A stretch of DNA of 64,000 bases, taken from an uncultured Spirochaetota bacterium (GTDB lineage: Bacteria; Spirochaetota; Spirochaetia; SZUA-6; Fen-1364). A program made the translations under genes and the position numbers. Shown piece by piece: positions 52,185 through 63,700 of the stretch; position 1 is the first letter of the stretch; each line of letters begins with the position of its first letter. The notes below the pieces were generated by a model that ran no database searches, was not told where the DNA came from, and worked only from the letters and a program-made list of their open reading frames with translations. The stretch covers positions 64,001-128,000 of the forward strand of contig CAWAHW010000002.1 in the NCBI GenBank assembly GCA_963781885.1, written 5' to 3'.

Positions 52185-53629
52185 GCGGAGACACGATTTC
52201 CCCCATCAACGCCGCGCCCCGCATGCCCTTTGTTGCGCAGCTGGGCCTGCTCATGGGCCCCTTCCTCTCCATGGTGGACAGCAACGCGGTGAATGTCGCG
52301 CTCGCGCCTATCGCACAGTCGCTGCACGGGTCCCTGCACGACACGCAGTGGATCGTTTCCGGCTACCTGCTGTCGCTCTCTGCCGTGCTCGCCGCCGCCG
52401 CGTACCTGTCCAAGAGATTCAGCACGATGCGGGTCTACCGGGTGAGCCTGGTCGGCTTCCTCATCGGCTCCATCCTCTGCGCCCTTTCCCCGACGTTGCC
52501 CGTGCTCATTGCGGCGCGCGTGTTCCAGGGCGCCTTCGGGGCGCTCCTCGTCCCGCTTGCCATGACGATGATACTCGGCTCCGGGGGCAGGATCGCATCC
52601 GGCGAGATGTCGCCGCTCCTGGGCATCGTGCTCTTCATGGCCCCGGCGATAGGACCGAGCCTGGGCGGTCTCCTCATACCGCTGGGCGGCTGGCAGCTCA
52701 TCTTTCTCATCAACATCCCCTTTGGCATCTTCGGGCTGATCGCGGGCGCCGGCATCAAGGGCCGAATGGCGGACGCTGCCGACCGCTCGGTGCGCTTCGA
52801 TCCCCTGGGCATCGCCCTGCTCTCCCTCGGGGTCGTCGGCATCACCTACGGCGCGACGAATGGTCCCACCGATGGCTGGCTGTCCCTGCAGTCGGTGCCC
52901 TTCTGGGCGGCGGGCGCGGTCCTCGTTTTCCTGTACGTGATGCTGCGCAAGGACCGGCCGCACCCCGCCGTGAATCTTGCCCTGCTCCGCTCGCCCTTCA
53001 CGGCTGCCGCCGTGGGAATTGCCACGCTCACCTCCGTGGTCAATTTCGCCATGGTGGTGCTCGTGCCCCTGTTCATGCAGAGCCTCCAGCGCGCCACCGC
53101 GCTCACCGCCGGTCTTGCCCTGATCCCGCAAGCGCTCATGAGCGGCATCGGCACCGCGGTGAGCAACCGCGTCGTGCGGCGGCTGGGCACGCGTGCAACG
53201 ACGATCGTCGGCATGGTGCTGCTGACGGCCGGCACCCTTTTCCTTCTCCTGATGGATCTCGGCACGTCGGCGTGGGTCATTGCGTGCATCCTGGTTGCCC
53301 GCGCATTCGCAATCGGTCTTGTCGTCCAGCCCCTCATCGAGGTGGCGATCGGCCGGGTGCGCCCCGCGGAGACGGCTGATGCGAATACGCTTTTCATGAT
53401 CACCAACCGCATTGGCGGGGCCGTGGGCATCGCCATGCTCGTCACACTTTTCCAGGTGCGCTCCCAGGCCCTGGCGCGTGTTCAAGGTATTGAAGGCGCC
53501 GTGAAGGGCTTCCATGAAACAGTGCTCATCCTCACGGGTCTTGCAGCGGCCGGGCTCATCCTGGCGGTGTTCATGCTGCGCGAGAAGAAGCTCGAGACCG
53601 TCGAGCAATTGCTCGATGAGACGCCGTAA
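52181..53629 (+). CDS. MFS multidrug efflux transporter (DHA2/EmrB-like)
   Basis: DSNAVNVAL, QWIVSGYLL, RVFQG, PAIGP.LGG, FLINIP motifs; about 14 TM segments. Confidence 0.9.
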   Translation: MSGDTISPINAAPRMPFVAQLGLLMGPFLSMVDSNAVNVALAPIAQSLHGSLHDTQWIVSGYLLSLSAVLAAAAYLSKRFSTMRVYRVSLVGFLIGSILCALSPTLPVLIAARVFQGAFGALLVPLAMTMILGSGGRIASGEMSPLLGIVLFMAPAIGPSLGGLLIPLGGWQLIFLINIPFGIFGLIAGAGIKGRMADAADRSVRFDPLGIALLSLGVVGITYGATNGPTDGWLSLQSVPFWAAGAVLVFLYVMLRKDRPHPAVNLALLRSPFTAAAVGIATLTSVVNFAMVVLVPLFMQSLQRATALTAGLALIPQALMSGIGTAVSNRVVRRLGTRATTIVGMVLLTAGTLFLLLMDLGTSAWVIACILVARAFAIGLVVQPLIEVAIGRVRPAETADANTLFMITNRIGGAVGIAMLVTLFQVRSQALARVQGIEGAVKGFHETVLILTGLAAAGLILAVFMLREKKLETVEQLLDETP

Positions 53630-53671
53630 AATGGCTTGCGATCCGCGCCAGCGGGTGTACAGTCTCTTCAT

Positions 53672-54687
53672 ATGAAAAAAATCGTCGTCCTCGGGGTTCT
53701 GCTCCTTGTGGGCGCGGGAAACGTGCTCGCGCTGCCGCCTCTGGATGCGAAGCATCTGCCGCTCTATCCCGGCATCCGTCTCCTGCGCAGCGCGGTGGAC
53801 GGCGCCTCGAGCGATTTCGTCTACACGGCGGATGCCCCCGCCGCAAAGGTGTGTGCGTTCTATCTCAGCGCTTTCGGCTGGCGGCCTGACGATGCGGGAT
53901 CGGACTTCGTGCCGGTGAAGTTCTGGCAGCCTGACGGCGGCCAGTGCATGATTTTCTTCAGGGACGATCCGGCGCAACCGGCGACTTTCCCCTGGGCTTC
54001 CGGCGTGGCGACGGGGGCTGTCCTTAAGTGGGAGGCGGAGGACGGCAAGGGCAATCACTCGTCATTCGCCATGAAGATCACCGACACGACGGAGAGCGCG
54101 CCGAGCACGGAGGTCGACCTGTCCGTGCTCACGGCGAATCGCGGCGACGTGGAGGCCGAGCAGGCCGCCGTCGCCGATCAGGCGCAGAAGGCAGCCGCGG
54201 CGATGGATGAGGGGATCAATCACGTCGACCCTGCCCAGAAGAAACTGGTGGACGAGCTCACGGCGCATCCCCCGACGATGAAGGACCTGGCGGCGCGCAT
54301 CAAGAAGGAGTCGGCCTCACCCTGTACCCGGGCGTCACGCTCCAGCTGAAGGCCATGGAGCTGTATGAGCACGACATCTGGGGAAACTTTGCAGGGTACT
54401 GGTTTCTCTCAAAGGATCCGACGGAAAAGCTGGTTGCCTATTATGCAAAGGCCCTGGGGAAAGACATGGATACAATCGACATCGATACTCCCCTCATCGT
54501 CCTCGATATCACCGATGCGCAGAACAAGATCACCGGCCACGTCGCCATCTACAAGGGAACCGCTGCCCACAATCTCGGGCAGGATCCGGACGACGCCGAT
54601 CCCGACCAGGCGCTGAACGTCACCACCCTGGGCTTCTACAGAGGCGACGACGTCGGCACGCTTTCAGAATCCGAGGGCGGCCGCTAG
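53672..54687 (+). CDS. Secreted hypothetical protein with an internal duplication (frameshift near 54310)
   Basis: Signal peptide MKKIVVLGVLLL; LPLYPG...KVCAFY and LTLYPG...KLVAYY repeats in successive frames. Confidence 0.6.
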
Positions 54688-55913
54688 CCGCGCATGCCGT
54701 AGGCGTCGGCGAGCAGACCGAGCGCGCTGTCCAGGTCCGCGCGGCAGGGCGCCGGAAGGCTCACGAGCTTTTCCGCGGCCGCCGTATCCTTGAATCCCGT
54801 GCCAGTGAGAAGGACGACCACGCGCGACGCGGGGTCGACGTTGTGCCAGTCCTTCTGGAAGCCTGCCCAGGCCGCCGCGGAGGAAGGCTCCACGAAGAGC
54901 CCCGCCTCGCGCGCAAGCAAGAGCTGCGCGGCGCTGATCTCCGCGTCGGTCACTTCCACGGTTCTGCCATTCGTGCGCCGGAGGTAGCTCAGCGCCATGA
55001 GACCGGCCGCGGGCCGTGACACGGACAGGGAATCGGCAATCGTGCTCGTCGCGGAAAGCACCACCTCGCGGCCTTCACGCCAGCTCCTGCTGATCGCGTT
55101 GCTGCCTTCCGCCTGCACCGCGACCATGACGGGCAGGGCGTCCGTGCAGCCGGCTTCCATGAGATCGGTGAAACCCTTGCACGCGCCCGAGTATATCGCC
55201 CCGTCCCCCGTCGGGACGTACATCACGTCCGGGGCCTTGCAGCCGAGCTGGTTGTAGATCTCCAGGGAGACCGTCTTTTTTCCCTCCACCGTGAAGGGAT
55301 TGAATGCGGTGTTGCGATTCACCCCACCGCGCGCGCGCGTGTAGGCGATGGAAAGCTCGTAGGCGTCGTCATAGGTGCCCTGCACGGGCACGACGCGCGC
55401 GCCGTAGAGGAGGGCCTGGAGCAGCTTGGCGCGCGGCGCGGCGGCCGGCACGAAGAGCACCACGGAAAGCCCGTAGGCCGCGCCGACGCAGGCCATGGAG
55501 GCCCCGGCATTCCCCGTCGACGCAAGCGCGACCCTGTTCTCTCCCGCCGCCTGTGCCTGTTCGGCCACGAGGGCCGATGCCCTGTCCTTCAGCGACCCCG
55601 ACATGCAGAGCGTGTCGTTTTTCAGGAACAGGCGCGAAAAGCCCGCCTGCGCGCGCAAGCGGGCCGGTTCGACGAGCGGGGTGGCACCGGAGGGAAAGGA
55701 CCGCCATCGCCGCAGGGGGAGGGGCAGCAGGGACTGCGGCTCCACGAGCGCGCCGCGCCGCGCCTTTTTTTTCGGCCGGGAGACGACGGAGAGGTAGCCC
55801 CGGGGGTAGCTGCCCGGTGCCGCAGGCTCCGCGGCGCAGTGCGGGCATTCGTAGACCACCCCTTCGGCGGTGAGCGGTCTCCCACACGAGACGCAGGAAT
55901 AGGAGGTCTTCAT
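54684..55913 (-). CDS. Threonine-synthase-like PLP enzyme with an N-terminal Zn ribbon
   Basis: CVSC...CPHC; GATPL, SGSLKDRA, ASTGNAG, EGKKT, PTGDG, TGTGFKD. Confidence 0.85.
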   Translation of the reverse strand: MKTSYSCVSCGRPLTAEGVVYECPHCAAEPAAPGSYPRGYLSVVSRPKKKARRGALVEPQSLLPLPLRRWRSFPSGATPLVEPARLRAQAGFSRLFLKNDTLCMSGSLKDRASALVAEQAQAAGENRVALASTGNAGASMACVGAAYGLSVVLFVPAAAPRAKLLQALLYGARVVPVQGTYDDAYELSIAYTRARGGVNRNTAFNPFTVEGKKTVSLEIYNQLGCKAPDVMYVPTGDGAIYSGACKGFTDLMEAGCTDALPVMVAVQAEGSNAISRSWREGREVVLSATSTIADSLSVSRPAAGLMALSYLRRTNGRTVEVTDAEISAAQLLLAREAGLFVEPSSAAAWAGFQKDWHNVDPASRVVVLLTGTGFKDTAAAEKLVSLPAPCRADLDSALGLLADAYGMRG

Positions 55914-57376
55914 CCGGTGATGCCGACGTCGCGGTTGAACTCGTCGATCAGCGCGTCGATCTCGGGAGCCTGCCCCTGCACCGACGTCCAGTACGAGTCG
56001 TCGCTCCACTGTGCGTTCAGCTCCGCGATGCTTTTTCCCTGCTGCTCGATCCACGTGTAGTACTTCAGGTTATGGACGCGCCGGCGCTCGGGCCAGGTGA
56101 GCTCCAGCACATGATCCGCGCGCTGTCCGGCAAGGGAGCCTGCCCACGCCGCCACGGCGGCGTCCCGGTCGAAGGGGCCCTGCGCCGCGGTGAGCTCGGA
56201 AAGCCGGGAGCCGTAGAGGTCCAGGGAATCCGTGAGCACCGTGAAGATGACGTCGCGCGCGGAATACTCGAAGTAGCGGGCGAGCTTGATGGATGCCAGA
56301 AGATTCCCCAGGCCCGAGATGCCCAAGAGGGGGAGACGGTCGATCACGTCAGGGGCGACGCCCTTGCCCGCCAGCAGCGCGCGGCCTTCCTTCTCATTGA
56401 AAAGACGGAGGAGATTCATGCAGTCCTCGTCATCCACCGCGACAACCGCATCGGTATTCTTCACGTTGTGGATCCACGGCACGTGCTTGTCGCCGATGCC
56501 CTCGATGCGGTGCGCGCCGAAACCGTTGCACAGCAGCGTGGGGCACTGGAGGGCCTCCGCGGCGGCGACGCGGGCGCCGGGGAATACCATCTTCAACCGG
56601 TCGCCCGCGGCGATGGTTCCCGCCGAGCCGGTGGAGGAGACGAATGCCCGCACCGAGCCGGCGCTCCCCACCATGTGCTCCGCGACGCGCAGGAGCGCCT
56701 CACCGGTGACCTCGTAGTGCCAGAGGTAGTTGCCCAGCTCCTCGAACTGGTTGAAGATCACGATGTCGTCCCCGCGCGTGCGGGTGAGCTCGTGGCAGGT
56801 ATCGAAGATCTCCTTCACATTGCTTTCGCTGCCGGGCGTCGCGATCACCTCCCCGGCAACCCGCGAAAGCCATTCGAAGCGCTCCCGGCTCATGCCCTCG
56901 GGAAGGATGGCGATGGACTGGCAGCCCAGCAGCGCGGAGTTGAAAGCGCCGCCACGGCAGAAGTTGCCGGTGGAAGGCCAGGCTGCCTTCTGTCTGCTGG
57001 AATCGAAGGCGCCGGTGACCAGGGCCGGGGCAAGACACCCGTAGGTGGCGCCCACCTTGTGCGCACCCGTGGGAAACCACTTCCCGACCAGCGCGATGAT
57101 GCGCGCCGGAACCCCCGTAAGCTGCGAGGGAAGCTCCAGCACGTTCACATCTCCGAAAAGGCCCCCGGTTTCCACGGGCTGATTGCGCCACGTGATGCGG
57201 AACAAGTTCAGCGGGTTCACGTCCCACAGCCCCACCGCGCGGAGGCCCTGCAGGACGCGGGACGGGGCGCGCGCGGGGTCCTTCATCTGCGCGAAGGTCG
57301 GCAGGACGATGCCCCGCTCGCGGCAGCGCCTGACATTGCGCGCGCGGACTTCCTTGTTCATGGCCAGTGCGATCAT
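55910..57376 (-). CDS. Fold-type II PLP-dependent enzyme (cysteine-synthase-like)
   Basis: FPTGAHKVGA, PSTGNFCRGG, NQF, TGSAGT, IEGIGD. Confidence 0.82.
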   Translation of the reverse strand: MIALAMNKEVRARNVRRCRERGIVLPTFAQMKDPARAPSRVLQGLRAVGLWDVNPLNLFRITWRNQPVETGGLFGDVNVLELPSQLTGVPARIIALVGKWFPTGAHKVGATYGCLAPALVTGAFDSSRQKAAWPSTGNFCRGGAFNSALLGCQSIAILPEGMSRERFEWLSRVAGEVIATPGSESNVKEIFDTCHELTRTRGDDIVIFNQFEELGNYLWHYEVTGEALLRVAEHMVGSAGSVRAFVSSTGSAGTIAAGDRLKMVFPGARVAAAEALQCPTLLCNGFGAHRIEGIGDKHVPWIHNVKNTDAVVAVDDEDCMNLLRLFNEKEGRALLAGKGVAPDVIDRLPLLGISGLGNLLASIKLARYFEYSARDVIFTVLTDSLDLYGSRLSELTAAQGPFDRDAAVAAWAGSLAGQRADHVLELTWPERRRVHNLKYYTWIEQQGKSIAELNAQWSDDSYWTSVQGQAPEIDALIDEFNRDVGITG

Positions 57377-57547
57377 GCTCTCGATGAGACCCCGGCCGCC
57401 GGGGCCTGTCAAGCGCACGGGGGCCGCGCTCTGGCGTCTCAAGGAGCCGCTCCCGGGCAGAAGCGTATCTTCGGACCATCCGGGCAGGGTAGGCTCGTCG
57501 CAGAAAGCTCGCTTGACTCCGCCGCCCGGTGACGCGATGTTTCTTCC

Positions 57548-58537
<990 letters not shown>

Positions 58538-58548
58538 AACAGGCGGCA

Positions 58549-61500
58549 CTATTTTGCGAGCGCCTTAAAAAGCCTTTTTACGATGCTGTCGATTTCTTTC
58601 AACTGGTCGGCCGCAGCCTCCCTTGCGAGGCGCCGGCGGGTTGCGAGGGTGCCCTCCATCTGCCCATCTTTCAGGGACCTCTCCACAACAGAGGCAGCCG
58701 ATTCTCCCAGCTCTGCCAGGCGCGCATGAAGCGTATCCTTCTTGTCGAACTGAGGAATGGGAAGCTCCAGGACTTTCTTTTCGATATGTCGTTCACCTAG
58801 AAGGCCCAAACTCTGGAACGGCTTTATAGCTTCGTTAACATTCTCGCTATTAAGAACAGAAACGAGATAATTTGCCTTCGCCTCGAGATTGTGTGCACCC
58901 CCGCAATACACTGTGTGCTCTGCAAAAAATGGGATTGTTTCCGACTGTGCTCAAAGAGAGCTGCCGATATGTTCATTCCGGCGGCATTGTACAGCACCAC
59001 TGAATTCGGCCTGCTGGATTCTTGCTTCATGAGCTTGCCCTGGTAGTTGAGCCATCCGTATAGGTCTTGCTTGTCCGCTTTCGCCCCTCGATGCTTGATC
59101 CATTCCCTTTCCGCGCGCTCGAACCAGTCGGCGGCCTTCCGGTAACCAAGCTTCCGAAGCTCTGCCGCGGTTTTGAGCTCATATTGGCCTCTTCTCTTCT
59201 ATGACGGGAAGTACCACATAAGGGAGGTCCACAACCGCAAACGGAAGCACGTGCTTTGCAAGTCGCTATGGAATACAAACCTGCGTCTCAACGAGTCCCT
59301 CGAGCATGATGTCTTTATATGGCGGCTTTCCTTCTTTTGCTTGCTCTGGGTCGGTACGCGCGTAGAGCTCATCCGTCGACAACTCTACGGCCGACGGGCG
59401 TGCGATAAAATAGAAGTTGCGGGGCACAATCGTTGCGCCCTGGGAAAACCGCTTGCGATATGGTGTTGGCGCGTGTCCATGGTCAATTGCTTCCTCAGAA
59501 AGTGCTGTTCTCTCTCCAAGCTTCGCCAGAAAGAGCCTGCTCGTCCGCTCAGATAGCTCCTCCTTCGCCAATCTCCATGGAATGTCTCTGCTCCGAAGCT
59601 TTCCGGTGAAAATCACTGCGGGCCAGGATGTATGCGCCGCGGCCTTTCGATTTACTCGCAGAATACCACGCATGCCGGGACATTGAAAAGAGGGCTCACC
59701 CCTCGAAGGTCCCAATACTCCTTGATGTCGCAGTCGGCCTTGAATTGCTCGGTGCGGAACTTCTCATGCTGGTCTCCGCTGAACACGCTGCGGGGCATCA
59801 CGTAGCCGAGCATCCCACCTTTCTTGAGATAGAGATGCGTGGCATGAACGAGAAAAAGCGTCGCGAGCTCCATCTGGGTCACGAGCTTCTGCGCCTTTGG
59901 CGCAAGCTCGTACGTCTCGACGCTGAGGCTCTTGATCTCCTGCTGGTACTCGGGATCGCTCACGTAGCGGTAGGCGAGCCAGGGCGGATTGCCGACGACG
60001 ACGTCGTATCGATTGCGGAGAAAAAGCGGCCGCATGTTGTTTCGCAGAATGAACGACCATATCGTGTCCTGCCGGTTGCGGATTCTTGCCGCCAGGTCTC
60101 CAGACAGCCGGAAAAGCTCGCGCGAGGCATTCACGCGGTCGCCCTCATCTGCAATATGCGCCAGATGCCGGGCAGCCGCGGCGTGAAAACCTGCCTCGGT
60201 CTCCGCGTTTTCGTCCCTGGCCAGTCGTGAGGCAACGTCGGTGCAGAGTGAAACCGCTTCATCCCAGCCCCGCGCGTCATCGAACAACGTCTGCGGAAAA
60301 CCGTAGCGTTTTCCCGCGAACCGGACCGTGACGTGTGTGCCTCCCAACAGGACCAGGTCGTCGGTGTGGGGCATGAGAAGCGCGTCTGCCAGGTGAACGG
60401 GTATCTGCACGGGATGCTTCGCGCGGCGGAGCAGGTCCCGAATCGCAATGACATAGGTTGCCTTGCAGATCATGACCGCCAGTGGATGGATGTCGATGCC
60501 ATGGACGTTTGTGAGCAGTGCCTTGAGCACGCTGTCCCAGTCGATGGCTCCGCCTCGATCGACCTTCTCCAGCATCGAGCGGATCCTGTGCAAAGAGGCT
60601 CGCAGGAATCCGCCCGAGCCGCACGTCAGGTCGATGACGGCGGGAATGTGACCGGTTGGCTTCCCGATCATTTCCGAAACGACGCGTTCGCAGAGCCAGT
60701 CAGGCGTGTAGTATTCGCCAAGATCGTGACGATCGGCCGGGTCCACCAGCTCCTGATAAACCCCCTTCAAAAGGTCTTCATCGATCTGGCCGAAATCGTA
60801 GCTGCGAAGCTGGTTGAGCATCTTCATCCAGGCGCGTTCCAGCCGGCGAGACGCTGTCGGGCGGCCTATCCATTGGAAAAAGTCCTGCTCGACGAGGTTC
60901 ATGAGCCGCTTGCGCTCGAAATAGTCACCGCGGACAAGCGCCGAGACAAGCTCCGTCGACGGAAGAGATGCCGCCTCGTCGCGTTCCAGGAGGGAAGCCC
61001 AAACGATGAACCGGGCAAGGACCGCCAGATACGTATGGCGGCAGAAGAGCTGCGCGGTTGTCGAGAGATTGCCATACGTGTAGGAGAGATAGCGGGACCA
61101 CTCGGAATAGGAAAGGCTGACTTCAGGCTCTTGCCTGACGGACTCAAAAGCGGCCGCCAATTCGGGCTGCAGGGCGGCATACAGATGGCTTTGCACTCCA
61201 AAGTCACGCGTAAATGTCTCGACCGTTGGCCTCAGCCTGCCTTCACGGAAAAAGAGCCGGTTGAGGAAAAGGAAAAAAGACTCATGCGAGGACGCATCCG
61301 AACCCAGAAGAAGCGTTTCTCCCGGCGCCAGATCCACGTCCTCCGCCTGCAGATCGGCAGCTTTCTCCGCGCGCGGATGATACGTGATCCATTGGAGACC
61401 GTCCGATGCAATGCAGATGTAGGAGCGCCGGGGATTCTCTCCGTTCCATAAGCCCGCGCAATAGCTGCGAAGCTGGCCTTCCGCCTCTTCACGTTTCGAT

Positions 61501-61796
61501 GAAAGGGAGCGCTCGAACTCGATGACCAGATCTCCGTAGTACGCATCGATGCTTCCCTTGCGGATGATCTGTGCGCCGGAGGTCGGCATTGAAACGGATG
61601 TCTCGATCCCGTCGGTGTAGCGGCTCAGCTCCTCGACGCTTGAAGGAAAGAGCGCCTGCAGGAGCAGAAGAAACTTGTCCCGTCGGGGCGCCTCTTTGAG
61701 ATCGGAGCCTTTCAGCTCCGACTGAAATCTTGCTATCAGTTTTAAATATTCCGCGCCGCCCACGGTGCCAGAGTATGACAAGCGGCGCGGATGCAC
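58549..61796 (-). CDS. Type IIG-like restriction-modification enzyme (REase-N6-adenine MTase-TRD), frameshifted in the C-terminal part
   Basis: GEYYTP, DLTCGSGGFL (motif I), VGNPPW (motif IV), N-terminal ID....VIEFE...Q nuclease-like motif; tail spread over ORFs 59266-59715, 58824-59030 and 58549-58911. Confidence 0.85.
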
Positions 61797-61816
61797 AAGG
61801 GAATTGATGACCTTGT

Positions 61817-62311
61817 CTATTTCCGGCCGAGCACAAATCGAGCCTGTTCACGCCGCAACATCATGTAGGGCGTCATGAATTTGATGCCAAGACCGATGCA
61901 AACATTTGGGATCTTGATGATCTTTGTTGAATTCGATGCGATCTCGTGGGTGACAAGAACGTCTCCGTGGGCACGAGCGTGCGCAACCAGGAAATAGTCA
62001 GCGCTCTGGAGGAAGGTGCTCACCGCCGCCTGTCCGTACGATTGACCGGTTGCCCATGCGCTGATTTCCCCGAGGTGCGGCAGAATGGACGAATCCGGCT
62101 CCAGAAAGAATCCGGACCCGCGCAGTGCGGCCCAGGCCGTCAGCTCATCGTCGCCCGCTTCGATTTCGTCGCCAACTTTTTCGATGCTGAAGACGCGCTG
62201 TGCCTGGTTCTTTTCTATCAGCCAATCCCAGAATGCAGGGCAGAAATCCAGCCCATAATGCAGATTCTTCGCTTGTATGAATACATTTGCGTCAAGGAGA
62301 TATGACATCAA
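61817..62311 (-). CDS. DUF4411-family PIN-like protein
   Basis: YLLDANVFIQA, FWDWL, ADYFLVA, VTHE, KIPNVC. Confidence 0.85.
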   Translation of the reverse strand: MMSYLLDANVFIQAKNLHYGLDFCPAFWDWLIEKNQAQRVFSIEKVGDEIEAGDDELTAWAALRGSGFFLEPDSSILPHLGEISAWATGQSYGQAAVSTFLQSADYFLVAHARAHGDVLVTHEIASNSTKIIKIPNVCIGLGIKFMTPYMMLRREQARFVLGRK

Positions 62312-63450
62312 ATGATCTTCAGGCTTCGGCCGAGCTCAAGGAATGTCTGCAGCCTTGTGAAGCCGAGCATGTGGAACGCGTCCCGATGCAGGGTCTGCCC
62401 TTCAAGAGTGCTGACAACGAGCGCGTGGGCAAATCGTTTGCTGACCCTTGCCGCCTGCGTCAGATAGAAATCGCCGCCGCTTCTCCGGGGCAAAGCGCGG
62501 AGACGCTCTTCCTCAGCTCTATACGCCTTCCAAAACTCCTCTCGTGTAAGCCCATTCATATCGAAGACTCTCCGCAGGGCAACCAGAGAGCTGACCTTGA
62601 ATCGGCGTGCAAGTCGACTGGCTTCCTCCTCAACGTTGACATGCGGCCGAAACTCCCGCTTGAGCACGGATAGAGGAACGAGAAGCTCCGCGGCAACGCG
62701 GTTGCACCAAAGCTCCACCTCATGGTCCGGCGTCAATGAAGCTTCCGAATCGGAGATTGCCGACTGTCCCCGCCATACGTGCGCGATCTCGTGCGCCAGC
62801 GTAAACATCTGCGCTGCTTTCGTGTCCGCGCCGTTGATGAAAATCAGGGGCGCAAGGTCATCGCTCATTGCAAAGCCCCTGAACTCTTCAGGGTCGAGAT
62901 GCCTGCTGTTGTTGTTCAACACCACGCTGCTGCACATGACGAGGATGCCTGTCGTGTCCGCCTGTTGGATAAACCGACGCAGCGCCTCGGTCCACGTCGG
63001 GATAGCCGCGCGTTCATCGAGGTCGAACTTCAGCATTTGTCGTATCGACGACGCTGTGATTTCGACATTGCTATTCGAATTCGCCGCTCCAACGAACGCA
63101 AGCGCTTCTTCTCCGTTGGAGCGCGCATAGTTGTGATACCATTCCTGCCTTTGCTGGCATATGTAAATCGTGTCAAGAAGGTTGGGACTCGCATGTCCAA
63201 CATGCACGTTTCCGGCCGTACGGAAATCGGGAATAGGCAGCTCCTCCGTGGGCGGCCGATCAAGAAAGAGATAGCCGACCGGCGCGTGCGTAAGCTTCGA
63301 AAATCGCTCGATCTGCTTTAGTGTGGGGCGCGTCTTGCCGCTTTCCCATCCGGCGAGCTGGGGGATTTTCCGGGCAATTCTGTTTCGATCGAGCCCTGCA
63401 CGCTGATATGCCCAGCGCAGCATCCCGGGATTCACTTCTACGCGGATCAT
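62308..63450 (-). CDS. XRE-HTH-ImmA/IrrE (DUF955) metallopeptidase
   Basis: WESG..PT HTH; PDFR; FRGF; FTLAHEIAH (HExxH); E..CN..AAE.L.P. Confidence 0.9.
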   Translation of the reverse strand: MIRVEVNPGMLRWAYQRAGLDRNRIARKIPQLAGWESGKTRPTLKQIERFSKLTHAPVGYLFLDRPPTEELPIPDFRTAGNVHVGHASPNLLDTIYICQQRQEWYHNYARSNGEEALAFVGAANSNSNVEITASSIRQMLKFDLDERAAIPTWTEALRRFIQQADTTGILVMCSSVVLNNNSRHLDPEEFRGFAMSDDLAPLIFINGADTKAAQMFTLAHEIAHVWRGQSAISDSEASLTPDHEVELWCNRVAAELLVPLSVLKREFRPHVNVEEEASRLARRFKVSSLVALRRVFDMNGLTREEFWKAYRAEEERLRALPRRSGGDFYLTQAARVSKRFAHALVVSTLEGQTLHRDAFHMLGFTRLQTFLELGRSLKII

Positions 63451-63537
63451 TGGGGAGCAGTCCTCAACACGATCAACAGAATAGATTTCCATAAGCAAGC
63501 TGTAAAGACTCAGGCGCGTGGCGTTCTTTCCGGCAAC

Positions 63538-63572
63538 AAAAAAAGGGGGACCCGGCATGCGCCCAGTCCCCC
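63538..63572 (-). terminator. Rho-independent terminator
   Basis: Minus strand GGGGGAC-TGGGCGCATGCCGG-GTCCCCC followed by T7. Confidence 0.8.
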
Positions 63573-63607
63573 CGATTGCTGCCGCCTGACGCGGCCGAAA
63601 CGCGTAT

Positions 63608-63700
63608 CTATATCGCTGCTGCGATGAAGAGCACGAAAGCGACTCCCAGGACAAGGATCGCGCCCAGCGCGCTCACCACCACAATTGCGCTTTTCTTCAT
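63608..63700 (-). CDS. 30-aa single-TM peptide MKKSAIVVVSALGAILVLGVAFVLFIAAAI
   Basis: ATGA overlap with the GntR stop, AAGGAGG RBS, followed by a terminator; not in the supplied ORF track. Confidence 0.55.
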   Translation of the reverse strand: MKKSAIVVVSALGAILVLGVAFVLFIAAAI

